From assembly GCA_964413275.1 (NCBI GenBank), contig CAYPSO010000011.1, forward strand, positions 10,390-60,294: a stretch of 49,905 nucleotides of DNA, read 5' to 3'. The position numbers and the translations under genes were made by a program. The notes beneath the pieces are model-generated. The model searched no databases and was not told the origin of the DNA. It worked only from the letters and a program-made list of their open reading frames with translations. Source of the stretch: an uncultured bacterium (GTDB lineage: Bacteria; Cyanobacteriota; Cyanobacteriia; Cyanobacteriales; JAABRE01). Shown here piece after piece: positions 1 to 9,185 of the stretch. How positions within the stretch are numbered: the stretch's first letter is position 1; each line of letters begins with the position of its first letter.

Positions 1-269
1 ATCTCCTGCATTTGGACTGTGGGAAAACCAAAAAATTCTCTGCCATAACGATTGAGATAGATGTTGCGTCCTTGTTTGAGATCTAAAATATAAATCATGG
101 CAGGAGTGTTATCGGCTATTTTCTGAAACAGAGAAGTATTTTCTTTTTCTTGAACCTTAAGCCTAGCAATCTCGGCCGCTTGTTCCTCAACTTGTTTTTC
201 TAACTCTTGTGTGTGGAGCAAAAGTTTAGTATAAGCTAAAATCAATTTGTTGATTAGGTTCAAATTCAT
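1..269 (-). CDS. 5' part of a PAS-domain sensor protein (histidine kinase or cyclase), runs off the window edge
   Basis: Manual translation from ATG at 269: MNLNLINKLILAYTKLLLHTQELEKQVEEQAAEIARLKVQEKENTSLFQKIADNTPAMIYILDLKQGRNIYLNRYGREFFG. This is a coiled coil followed by a typical PAS start. Divergent from an OmpR regulator. Confidence 0.75.
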   Translation of the reverse strand, partial: MNLNLINKLILAYTKLLLHTQELEKQVEEQAAEIARLKVQEKENTSLFQKIADNTPAMIYILDLKQGRNIYLNRYGREFFGFPTVQMQE

Positions 270-356
270 AAATTCATTGTGATCTCAAAGGGGAGCTTAC
301 ATCGGTTTTATTCGTAATAATATTTAAATATATTGGAAACGATTAATGAGAATGTT

Positions 357-1046
357 ATGAGAATCTTAATTGTTGAAGATGATAGGATTTTAGCACAAAA
401 TTTAGCTGATGCGATCGCTTCTCAAGGCTATGTCGTGGATACGGTTTTTGATGGACAAGAAGCGCAGCAACAAGTTCAGCTTGTTGACTATGATTTAATT
501 ATACTGGATCTTATGTTGCCTAAACTAGATGGACTCAGCTTGTGTCAACAACTACGTTCTCAACATTTTACCAAGCCTATTCTCATGTTAACTGCCCTTG
601 ATACTAAAAACGATGAAATTAAAGGCTTAGATGCAGGAGCAGATGATTATCTAGTTAAGCCTTTTGATTTATTAGTATTATTGGCACGAATCCGCGCTTT
701 ACTACGCCGAGAAACAGATTCATGCCCTATTTTAACGTGGGAGGGTTTATCTCTGAATCCCATAACCTATAAAGTTACTTACGAAGATCGATCCCTACAC
801 TTAACTCCCAAAGAATATTCAATCCTAGAAGTTCTAATGCGTCATGGACAAGCTGTGTTAAGTCGTTCTGTGATCTTAGGGAAGATTTGGTCTTTTGATG
901 ACCCTCCTTCAGAATATACCATCAAAACCCATATCAATGCTTTACGCCAAAAACTTCAGGCTGTAGGTGCTCCTAAAGATTTGATTTTAACAATTCGGGG
1001 TATGGGTTATTGTCTCTCGAACAGACAATCTCTTAACAAAAATTAA
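357..1046 (+). CDS. OmpR/PhoB-family response regulator
   Basis: MRILIVEDD, DLIILDLMLP, GLDAGADDYLVKPF receiver motifs; winged helix LTPKEY...TIRGMGY. ATG at 357 preferred over TTG at 333. Confidence 0.95.
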   Translation: MRILIVEDDRILAQNLADAIASQGYVVDTVFDGQEAQQQVQLVDYDLIILDLMLPKLDGLSLCQQLRSQHFTKPILMLTALDTKNDEIKGLDAGADDYLVKPFDLLVLLARIRALLRRETDSCPILTWEGLSLNPITYKVTYEDRSLHLTPKEYSILEVLMRHGQAVLSRSVILGKIWSFDDPPSEYTIKTHINALRQKLQAVGAPKDLILTIRGMGYCLSNRQSLNKN

Positions 1047-1049
1047 AAT

Positions 1050-1082
1050 TTCTTATCGATTTCTTACCGATTTCTTTACTAA
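1050..1082 (+). promoter_or_regulatory. Tandem 11-bp-period direct repeats, candidate OmpR-family binding site
   Basis: TTCTTATCGAT TTCTTACCGAT TTCTTTACTAA directly after the regulator stop and before the DUF cluster. Confidence 0.5.
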
Positions 1083-1151
1083 ATCTTTTCGCTATAAGAC
1101 TTAAAGTTTGAATATATTTTTACAAGTTTGAAAAAAAAATCAAGTAAAATA

Positions 1152-1409
1152 ATGATAAGATGTTCAAACTTTTTTTATACTCGCATTTATTATTTCGATG
1201 GATTAGAAACCTGTAATCTACTCCTTAACAAAAATATACAAGAATTCTCTGAACAAGTAGATTACATTGCTCAGTTGCAAAGTAATGGGAAATTGTCCTC
1301 AAAAGAAGCTTTTGAAGAAATAGATGCTCTTTGGCAAAATCTCAAGCATAGAAAAAAAGACACTAGAAATTGGTCAATTATCAGACTTTTTATAAAACTC
1401 AAAAAATAA
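1152..1409 (+). CDS. Small cyanobacterial conserved protein (DUF7219-like); C-terminus possibly frameshifted
   Basis: FFYTRIYY...NKNIQEFSEQVDYIAQLQSNGKLSSKEAFEEIDALWQNLK resembles the family motif NLQEFAQRV.YI..LET.GK.S..EAY..IK.LW. Confidence 0.65.
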   Translation: MIRCSNFFYTRIYYFDGLETCNLLLNKNIQEFSEQVDYIAQLQSNGKLSSKEAFEEIDALWQNLKHRKKDTRNWSIIRLFIKLKK

Positions 1410-1435
1410 GAAATTATTTATCAGGAGTCAAATCA

Positions 1436-1699
1436 ATGGAAACTCAAGTTAAAGAGTTGAAACAAAGATTAGAAGAACATAAACCACTATTAGAGATAGG
1501 TTGGTGGATCAAGATTCTCACTGATCAACCACTTTGTTTATATTACTTTGGACCTTTTGATAGTTATTACGAAGCACACTTAAATCAAGATGGTTATATC
1601 CAAGATTTGAAAGAAGAAAAAGCTCAATTAGAATTTATAGAAATTCTCTGGTGTCAGCCTCTTGAAGCAACTATTTTTTTAGACAATCAATTTGAATAG
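1436..1699 (+). CDS. DUF1816 domain protein
   Basis: WWIKILTDQPLCLYYFGPF...GYIQDLKEEKA motif; AGGAG RBS before ATG 1436. Confidence 0.8.
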   Translation: METQVKELKQRLEEHKPLLEIGWWIKILTDQPLCLYYFGPFDSYYEAHLNQDGYIQDLKEEKAQLEFIEILWCQPLEATIFLDNQFE

Positions 1700-1777
1700 T
1701 TAATAGTTAATAGTGACTACTGTACGATCAGATTATTGATTACTTAGGTAATTTCTGGGAATAAATATCCCAATAAC

Positions 1778-1809
1778 GGTGCGTTACGCTGTCGCTAACG
1801 ACACCCTAC
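1778..1809 (-). repeat. GTAG-type REP-like palindrome
   Basis: Minus strand reads GTAGGGTGTCGTTAGCGACAGCGTAACGCACC, an imperfect hairpin starting with GTAG. Confidence 0.6.
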
Positions 1810-1891
1810 CATTAGGAACTCTGGTAAAATCTTTTCTGAATTTCACCTTACAAGAAAAAATTGAATACTTTTAAAAAAACAACTTTTAATT

Positions 1892-2343
1892 ATGATTACA
1901 TCATCCAAGCCAATTGAGGATTATTCATTGAATAAGAGTGATTATTTAATTCTCTGCTTTTATATGAATACAACTTCTAAGTATCAGGTTATTCGTATTA
2001 AGAATATTCCTAAGTTTTTTCTAGAAAAAGTGATTTCACCCGGTGAACATTGCGTATTTGAAGCATTTTCTGAGTGCCTGTTAGAAATTAGCACTTACCA
2101 AGCCCTTCGGGCTGAAGTAATGAGTAATAAGTAATAAGTAATGAGTGAAAGCCCGAAGTTTGGTCTAAAGCCTCCTCATTCATGAGGAAAAAGCTAAAAA
2201 TATAATTCAATAATTGAATCCTCTGACTTCAGGCAGAGGTATTACTCATTACTCATTACTCACTACTCATTACTCGTGAAGACAATGTTAAGACCATTAT
2301 AAGTGACATTATTCCTTGTGAAAAACTTCGTTATATTGAATAA
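1892..2343 (+). pseudogene. DUF1830 domain gene interrupted by a ~180-bp insertion
   Basis: N-part ILCFYMNTTSKYQVIRIKNIPKFFLEKVISPGEHCVFEA..LLEISTY; the C-part DNVKTIISDIIPCEKLRYIE* resumes at 2281-2343 in another frame. Confidence 0.8.
2099..2280. mobile_element. Small non-autonomous element with hairpins and inverted heptamer arrays
   Basis: Follows TTAC. Contains AGCCC-TTC-GGGCT, GTAAT(G/A)A repeats on the left, ATTACTC repeats on the right, and hairpins TCCTCAT-TC-ATGAGGA and CCTCTG-ACTTCAGG-CAGAGG. Confidence 0.7.
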
Positions 2344-2358
2344 ATTTCTAGGAGAGTT

Positions 2359-2673
2359 ATGAATTCTTACAAAATTATTGATTTAACTCTATTACAGATT
2401 GCTAAAGAAGTTGAAGAAGCTTTGCTAGATTATTCAGAATATTTTGACCAAATAGCCTTTTCTCTTCCAGATTTTAAACAAAAATTAATTACCAGTGTCC
2501 TCAGTAAGATACCTAACCAGTATCTAATTGTTGAAGATGAAGCAAAATTTTTTCAAAACTATAATTTCTGTTATTTTCCTCTGGAAAAACGCTTACACAT
2601 AGAAAATCTAATTCAAGTGAATATTCACTCTATGTTTCAATTACTGGAATTAAACTCTTCTATAAGTTCCTGA
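2359..2673 (+). CDS. Hypothetical protein, possibly ComFB-like
   Basis: IIDLTL..IAKEVEEAL..Y..YFDQIAFSLPDFKQKLITSVLSKIPNQY resembles cyanobacterial proteins annotated as late-competence ComFB family. Confidence 0.45.
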   Translation: MNSYKIIDLTLLQIAKEVEEALLDYSEYFDQIAFSLPDFKQKLITSVLSKIPNQYLIVEDEAKFFQNYNFCYFPLEKRLHIENLIQVNIHSMFQLLELNSSISS

Positions 2674-2882
2674 AGTTTAGTACAGCATGAATTATATTTT
2701 TTTATCTTAAATAATCGAAAAGATATTGGTATATTAAAGGTTATTATTTCTACCCATCCTAAATATATGGAATAAGAAGAATATTTATAGAGTCAAAAAC
2801 TAATTTGTTTGACTTAAACAAATCCTAAAATACTAATTTACCTTACAATAGAATTGCTGTGCTCAAAAAAATAACTATCTAT

Positions 2883-3000
2883 TAGACGAATTGCAGAAGT
2901 CAGGCAATAGGCAATAGGCAATAGGCAATAGGCAATAGTTAGATAAATTCAGGTTTTCTGTATTAGAATTTATTTACGAGTTACTTATGCAATAGGTCTA
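2883..3000. mobile_element. MITE-like element with imperfect terminal inverted repeats, containing (GGCAATA)5
   Basis: Left TAGACGAATTGCAGAAGT vs reverse complement of right end TAGACCTATTGCATAAGT (15/18); heptamer array at 2903-2937. Confidence 0.55.
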
Positions 3001-3158
3001 TTATGAATAGATTCAATCGGCTATGAGTTAATCTTTAAAAAGATTGCGAAATATATAGCAATTGAAAATAAGTTAGAAAAAAGACAATACAGTCTTACTT
3101 TAAGAAAAGAAGCCCAAAAAGAGATTTAGATAAATATAGATAATTTTTATTCATAAAA

Positions 3159-3845
3159 ATGCTTAATTTTGAACAACAACCAGAAGAAATACGCAATCAA
3201 ATCCAATCTTTAGCTGATGAATTTATAGATAAAGACGATCCCGCAGGTTGGTTTGATGTACTTTATCAACAAGCCCAGGGAGACTTTGCCAAAGTGCCTT
3301 GGGCTAAAATGATTCCCTATCCCTACTTACAAGAATGGTTAGAAAAATATCAGCCTAATCCCGAAGAAAAATCAGCTTTAGTCATTGGTTGTGGCTTAGG
3401 AGATGATGGTGAAGCCTTGAGTAAATATGGTTATCAAGTAACAGCTTTTGATATTTCACCAACAGCGATAAATTGGTGTCAACAAAGATTTCCTAATTCT
3501 AAAGTTAATTATATAGTCGGAAATTTATTAGCCGAAAATCCTCAATGGCATGGTCAATTTGATTTTGTCTTTGAGTGCAGAAATATTCAAGCTTTGCCCT
3601 TAAATGTTAGAACTCAAATTATTAAATCCATTGCTAATTTCGTCGCTGTAAATGGTTCATTACTCGTGATAGATAGACTCAGAGAAACAGAAACCGAGCC
3701 GTTAGGCCCACCTTGGGCTTTATCAGAACAGGAATTTAACCAATTTGAACAACTTGGACTTAAAGTAATTAACCGAACTGTATATGAGGAAAACGAAATT
3801 ATCACCCTCACCATAGAATATAAGTTATATGAAAATAATAACTAG
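3159..3845 (+). CDS. Class I SAM-dependent methyltransferase (TPMT-like)
   Basis: ALVIGCGLGDD motif I, VTAFDIS, GPPWAL. Confidence 0.88.
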   Translation: MLNFEQQPEEIRNQIQSLADEFIDKDDPAGWFDVLYQQAQGDFAKVPWAKMIPYPYLQEWLEKYQPNPEEKSALVIGCGLGDDGEALSKYGYQVTAFDISPTAINWCQQRFPNSKVNYIVGNLLAENPQWHGQFDFVFECRNIQALPLNVRTQIIKSIANFVAVNGSLLVIDRLRETETEPLGPPWALSEQEFNQFEQLGLKVINRTVYEENEIITLTIEYKLYENNN

Positions 3846-4224
3846 GGAATTTACCAACTCAGAAATACAACAACTTACACCTGTTTATTTAGCTTATATT
3901 GGTGATGCAGTTTACGAATTGTATATTCGCCAATGTTATCTCTTGCCTAAAACCAAGATGTCTGATTACCATAAACAAGTGGTAGATCAAGTAAGAGCAG
4001 AAACCCAAGCAACCCATTTGCGATCGCTAGAAATTCATCTTAATGATGCTGAAAAAGATATTCTACGTCGTGGTAGAAATGCAGCAACAGGATGTCCTAG
4101 AAGGTTATCACCCGAAATTTATCAACTAGCTACTAGCTTAGAAACTTTAATCGGCTATCTCTATCTTACAGATGAGCAACGGTTAAATCAGTTATTGTCT
4201 CATTTAGAGTTAAAACAAATTTAA
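3829..4224 (+). CDS. mrnC: Mini-ribonuclease III
   Basis: [33 protein letters not shown]; directly upstream of rlmB. Confidence 0.92.
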   Translation: MKIITREFTNSEIQQLTPVYLAYIGDAVYELYIRQCYLLPKTKMSDYHKQVVDQVRAETQATHLRSLEIHLNDAEKDILRRGRNAATGCPRRLSPEIYQLATSLETLIGYLYLTDEQRLNQLLSHLELKQI

Positions 4225-4228
4225 AGAT

Positions 4229-5149
4229 ATGTTCAAGGACAAAAATTCCAAAATTGGCACTCCCAAACCTCAACTTAGTCGTAACAAAAATATTGTTAAG
4301 CCCACAAATATTGTTAAACCCGCTAAAAGTTTCCAAAACCCCACAAAACCTCTTAAAAATGAGGAATCAGAAAGAGATAACGATCTCGTTTTTGGTATTC
4401 ATTCTGTTTTAGCAGTTTTAGAAAGCGATCGCAATGTAAATAGAATTTGGATTACGCCAAAACTCAGGTATGGCAACCGTTTTCACTCTCTTCTTACCCA
4501 AGCTAAGGCTAACGGCACTATTATAGATGAAGTCGATCTTCAACGTCTGAATCAAATTACTGAAGGTGGTAATCATCAAGGTATCGCCGTTCAAGTTTCT
4601 CCCTATTCCTATGTAGAGTTAAGCGAGCTGATTACTCAAGCCAAAGAAACTACAGATTCTCCTGTAATTGTAATTGCTGATGGGATCACCGATCCCCATA
4701 ATTTAGGGGCGATTATTCGCACGGCTGAAGCTTTAGGCATACAAGGTTTAGTTATTCCCCAACGTCGAGCGGTGGGAATTACTTCCACAGTAATGAAAGT
4801 TGCGGCGGGAGCTTTAGAAAATTTCTCCGTTGCTAAAGTTATTAATCTCAGCCGGGCTTTAGAAGAGTTAAAAGAAGCTGGTTTCTGGATTTACGGCACA
4901 AGTGCCAAAGCTGAAAAATCATTACACCAAGTTGATTTTAGCGGAGCAATAGGTTTAGTTATTGGTGCAGAAGGCGATGGTTTGAGTCTTTTAACCGAAC
5001 GTAATTGCGATTTTCTAGTGTCTATACCTCTTAAAGGTAAAACCCCTAGTTTGAATGCTTCTGTGGCAACAGGTATGTGTTTATATGAAATTTGTCGCCA
5101 ACGTTTAGGTAACGAGATAGATTTATCTAGACTCAGTAAAGATAAATAA
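4229..5149 (+). CDS. rlmB: 23S rRNA (guanosine-2251-2'-O)-methyltransferase
   Basis: SPOUT motifs [29 protein letters not shown]. Confidence 0.95.
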   Translation: MFKDKNSKIGTPKPQLSRNKNIVKPTNIVKPAKSFQNPTKPLKNEESERDNDLVFGIHSVLAVLESDRNVNRIWITPKLRYGNRFHSLLTQAKANGTIIDEVDLQRLNQITEGGNHQGIAVQVSPYSYVELSELITQAKETTDSPVIVIADGITDPHNLGAIIRTAEALGIQGLVIPQRRAVGITSTVMKVAAGALENFSVAKVINLSRALEELKEAGFWIYGTSAKAEKSLHQVDFSGAIGLVIGAEGDGLSLLTERNCDFLVSIPLKGKTPSLNASVATGMCLYEICRQRLGNEIDLSRLSKDK

Positions 5150-5396
5150 CGTTAGCGGTTAGCTGTTAGCTACTGACTACTGACTACTGAATATTAACTT
5201 GCTTAACATCAATAAATAATATAGACGCAGGAAAAATAGACTTTATACTTGTTGCTTATTACCTCTTGGGTTATTTTCCCCTTCCCAAAGATATTGAGAA
5301 TGTACTATAACAAAACAAAGAAAAGTAACAAAATATAAAGAATATTTTTTGATCGGGTTTTAAAATCTGAAGTTATATCACTAATAGGGGCAATAG

Positions 5397-5693
5397 ATGA
5401 AGGAAATGTTAATCAATATTCTTGATGCTTTAGGGCTAGCTTACTGGGTGGAAATTACAACTGATAATCCCCGTTGTGTTTATTATTTTGGCCCGTTTCT
5501 TAATCAAAAAGATGCGAAATCAGCTACTGATGGTTATCTTGAAGATTTAAGAGATGAAAACGCCCAAAATATTGCTTTTAGAATAAAACGCTTTAAACCA
5601 GATTATCATAATCTGACGGTTTTTGAAGATAATGGTAATAATTCTGAATTTAAACCAACTATTACCAATAAATTGTCTTCAATTAACTCTTGA
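5397..5693 (+). CDS. DUF1816 domain protein
   Basis: WVEITTDNPRCVYYFGPF...GYLEDLRDENA. Confidence 0.85.
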   Translation: MKEMLINILDALGLAYWVEITTDNPRCVYYFGPFLNQKDAKSATDGYLEDLRDENAQNIAFRIKRFKPDYHNLTVFEDNGNNSEFKPTITNKLSSINS

Positions 5694-5835
5694 CAAAAAC
5701 TCAAGAATAAGTAAATTAGCAAAATTAATTAGAGATTTTTTTGAAAGTTTGTGATGAAACTTTGAGCTTTCCTATATAAGCCATTTAAGGCTTATTACAA
5801 AAATATAATTAGTTTTGCCGATTTGCTTATGTGTT

Positions 5836-5866
5836 GAAGTAGAGACATTTTGTCTTTACTTCTTTT
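5836..5866 (+). terminator. Intrinsic terminator-like hairpin
   Basis: GAAGTAGAGACA-TTT-TGTCTTTACTTC followed by a T run. Confidence 0.5.
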
Positions 5867-6116
5867 CAAAATTATTAAATTTGCAGATTGAAATAATTGC
5901 TTTATTAATAATCGTTTGTAGCTTATTAATAAAGTAATTACTCTATAACTTAAAAGTAATTTTTATTATAAAATAAGTAAACTCTATTAATACATATTAT
6001 CTGGGTTAATTATTGTAATACTCCATAAAAAATAAAAAGTTAATAACCTAACTGGATAAATAAAGAGCATAAATTTGGTAATCTTTAAGCAAGATAATAA
6101 TTGTGTGATAAGACTT

Positions 6117-7175
6117 ATGTTCAAAAACAAAGGAAATTTTCTCCTATTAACCTTGCTTTTATTAGCAAATTCGATGGTTGCTTGTACCCAAGGTAATAAT
6201 AGTAGCGATGGCACAGGTTCAAATGCTGGTAGTAGCCGTTTAGAGACTGTTAAAAGTCGCGGTAAATTAATTTGCGGTGTTAATGGACAACTGCCCGGAT
6301 TTAGCTTTGTCGATCAAAATGGACAATATTCGGGTATGGATGTTGATATATGTCGTGCTGTCGCTGCCGCCTTATTTGACGATCCTAATCAGGTAGAATA
6401 CCGCAATCTCAGCGCTCAAGAAAGATTTACTGCGGTTCAATCTGGCGAAGTTGACTTATTAAACCGTAATACTACTTGGACTATCAGTCGAGATACCTCT
6501 GTGGGCATGGAATTTGCACCGGTAACTTTTTATGATGGTCAAGGTATCCTAGCTACTAAGGCTAGTGGCGTTCAATCTTTAGAAGATTTAAACAATAAAT
6601 CTGTTTGTGTTCAATCGGGTACAACTACAGAGTTAAACTTAACCGATCAAATGCGTAAACGGGGTTTAAACTATATTCCTGTAGTATTTGACGATACTGA
6701 CGCAATTTATACATCTTATCAAGAAGGGCGTTGCGATGCAGCAACTTCAGATCGGTCTCAACTAATTGCCCGCCGTGCAATTATGCCTAATCCTACGGAT
6801 CATATAGTTTTAGATGTGGTACTCTCTAAAGAGCCTTTAGGACCAATGGTTGCTAATGGTGACTCTGCTTGGTTTGATACGGTGAAATGGGTGACTTTTG
6901 CTTTAATTCAGGCAGAAGAATTTGGTATTAATTCCCAAAATATTAATAGTTTTTCTAATACTGAAGATCCTAGTATTAGAAGATTTTTAGGCTTAGAAGG
7001 TCAATTAGGACAAGATATGGGCTTACCTAATGACTTTACTGCTCGTGTTATTAAGCACGTTGGCAATTATGGCGAAATATACGAACGTAATATTGGTAAA
7101 CCTTTTCAATTAGATCGTGGGCCTAATAATTTATGGACAGAGGGAGGTTTATTATATTCTCCTCCATTTAGATAG
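6117..7175 (+). CDS. natF: Amino-acid ABC transporter substrate-binding lipoprotein (AapJ/BztA/NatF type)
   Basis: Lipoprotein signal ending ..SMVAC; RGKLICGV, LPGFS, RNTTWTISRD, VGNYGEIYERN, GGLLYSPPFR. Confidence 0.88.
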   Translation: MFKNKGNFLLLTLLLLANSMVACTQGNNSSDGTGSNAGSSRLETVKSRGKLICGVNGQLPGFSFVDQNGQYSGMDVDICRAVAAALFDDPNQVEYRNLSAQERFTAVQSGEVDLLNRNTTWTISRDTSVGMEFAPVTFYDGQGILATKASGVQSLEDLNNKSVCVQSGTTTELNLTDQMRKRGLNYIPVVFDDTDAIYTSYQEGRCDAATSDRSQLIARRAIMPNPTDHIVLDVVLSKEPLGPMVANGDSAWFDTVKWVTFALIQAEEFGINSQNINSFSNTEDPSIRRFLGLEGQLGQDMGLPNDFTARVIKHVGNYGEIYERNIGKPFQLDRGPNNLWTEGGLLYSPPFR

Positions 7176-7207
7176 TTAATAGTTAATAGTTAATAGTTAA
7201 TAGTTAA
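7173..7207 (+). repeat. Heptamer tandem repeat (TAGTTAA)5
   Basis: Seen directly; STRR-type cyanobacterial repeat. Confidence 0.9.
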
Positions 7208-7304
7208 TATTTCATGTCAAAAAACTTTTAATTATTAACTAACTTCTCAACTTATCTATTGTAGTATATTTTTTCGCTTTAATCGCTCTCAATAATTATT
7301 AATA

Positions 7305-8465
7305 ATGAATCAAGAAAAAATACCTTTTTGGCGAGATGAACGTTTTTGGCAAATTGCTGGACAAATAATAATAGTTATTATTTTATTAATTATAATTACT
7401 TATTTTGGCAGTAATGTAAGTTTTAATCTACAAAAACTCGGCCTTAGTTTTGGTTTTGACTTTCTGAATAGACCTGCATCTTTTGCCATTGGTGATAAAA
7501 TTATTGCCTATAAATCAACCGATCCTTATAGTAGGGCAATTTTAGTAGGTTTGCTTAATTCTTTACGGGTTATGTTTATAGGAATTATTCTCGCAACTAT
7601 TTTAGGTATTACTATTGGTATAGGTAGATTATCTAATAATTGGTTGGTGCGCCAAATAAGCTCAATTTATATTGGTGCTATACGTAATACTCCTTTATTA
7701 TTACAATTATTTTTCTGGTATTTTGCAGTATTTCTTAAATTACCTAAAATAGATAATTCTGTTAGTTTTCTTGATTTTATTTATCTTAATAATCGAGGAA
7801 TGAATATTCCTTGGCCTGAAAATAATTCCACAACTTGGTTATTACTAGGTTTAATAATGTTTGGTATTATTTTAAATTGTATTTTATGGTGGAAACACCT
7901 TGAACTTATCGAAAAAGAAGGTAAATCTGGACAAGGTTTTGTTTATATTATTATTGCTATAATCATTATCTCAATATTGGCTTTAATATTTGGTTTAGAC
8001 TGGAATCTACCTCAATTTGAAAGGGAAAATGGCTTTATACAAGGTGGTTTAACTCTTTCTCCAGAATTTGCCACTATTTTATTTGGTTTAACTTTTTATA
8101 CGGCTGCTTTTATTGCGGAAATAGTAAGAGCGGGTATTCAATCAGTTAATAAAGGACAATGGGAAGCAGCAAAAGCTTTGGGTTTAAGCTCAGGTTTAGT
8201 CATGCAATTGGTTATATTTCCCCAAGCATTGCGGGTAATTATTCCTCCTTTAACTAGCGAATTTTTAAACTTAGTAAAAAACTCTAGTTTGGCGATCGCC
8301 ATTGGTTATAATGATATTTATGCTATTGCCAGCACCACATCTAATCAAACGGGTAAAGCAATTGAAATGTTATTAGTCGTTATGGCAACTTATTTAACTA
8401 TTAATTTAATTATTGCCTTTATTATGAATAATTTTAATCGTGCTGTCCAAATAAAAGAGAGGTAA
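7305..8465 (+). CDS. natG: Amino-acid ABC transporter permease (AapQ type)
   Basis: RNTPLLLQLFFWY, AFIAEIVRAGIQSV.KGQWEAAKALG. Confidence 0.88.
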   Translation: MNQEKIPFWRDERFWQIAGQIIIVIILLIIITYFGSNVSFNLQKLGLSFGFDFLNRPASFAIGDKIIAYKSTDPYSRAILVGLLNSLRVMFIGIILATILGITIGIGRLSNNWLVRQISSIYIGAIRNTPLLLQLFFWYFAVFLKLPKIDNSVSFLDFIYLNNRGMNIPWPENNSTTWLLLGLIMFGIILNCILWWKHLELIEKEGKSGQGFVYIIIAIIIISILALIFGLDWNLPQFERENGFIQGGLTLSPEFATILFGLTFYTAAFIAEIVRAGIQSVNKGQWEAAKALGLSSGLVMQLVIFPQALRVIIPPLTSEFLNLVKNSSLAIAIGYNDIYAIASTTSNQTGKAIEMLLVVMATYLTINLIIAFIMNNFNRAVQIKER

Positions 8466-8476
8466 AATTATCATTT

Positions 8477-9169
8477 ATGGTACAACAAATATCATCTCAA
8501 AATATTATCTATCCTGATAGTGATGGACAACCAATGGCAGATAATACCAAACAATTTAGATGGATTGTAACTATTAAAGAAAATTTAGAAATTCTTTTTG
8601 CTAATAATCCTGATGTATTTATTGCAGGTGATTTATTATGGTATCCGGTATCTGGGAATAATAAAATTAGAAAAGCACCAGATGTTATGGTAATTTTCGG
8701 CAGACCAAAAGGCGACAGAGGTTTTTATAAACAATGGGAAGAGGAAAATATTGCTCCTCAAGTAGTATTTGAAATTCTTTCCCCCGGAAATACTTTTAAA
8801 GAAATGTTAGAAAAGCTACAGTTTTATCAAGAATATGGAGTACAAGAATATTATATTTACGATCCAGATAAAATAGAATTGACGGGTTTAGAAAATAAAA
8901 ATAATAGATTAGAAATCATAGATCCAATTAACAATTGGATTAGTCCACTATTAAAGATAAAATTTGAAGTTACAACAGAAACTTTAAAGATATATTATCC
9001 TGACGGACGAAAATTTATGACAACCTTAGAATTAGAAGAAATCAGAAAAAAAGAAAGAGAAAGAGCAGAACAAGCAATGCAACAATTACAGCAACAACAA
9101 GAAAAATATAATCTACTCTTACAAAAGTTAAAAGACAAGGGCATTAATCTAGAAGACTTACAAACTTAA
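8477..9169 (+). CDS. Uma2-family (DUF820) PD-(D/E)xK endonuclease-like protein
   Basis: YPDSDGQPMADNTKQFRWI, APDVMV.FGRPKG, PQVVFEILSPGN; coiled-coil tail. Confidence 0.92.
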   Translation: MVQQISSQNIIYPDSDGQPMADNTKQFRWIVTIKENLEILFANNPDVFIAGDLLWYPVSGNNKIRKAPDVMVIFGRPKGDRGFYKQWEEENIAPQVVFEILSPGNTFKEMLEKLQFYQEYGVQEYYIYDPDKIELTGLENKNNRLEIIDPINNWISPLLKIKFEVTTETLKIYYPDGRKFMTTLELEEIRKKERERAEQAMQQLQQQQEKYNLLLQKLKDKGINLEDLQT

Positions 9170-9185
9170 TTATTTACACTAAAAA

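Noticed and set aside
2115-7207. Short tandem arrays (GTAATGA, GGCAATA, CTACTGA, TAGTTAA) as a possible CRISPR array
   Set aside because: Heptamer tandem repeats without unique spacers; no cas genes in the window.
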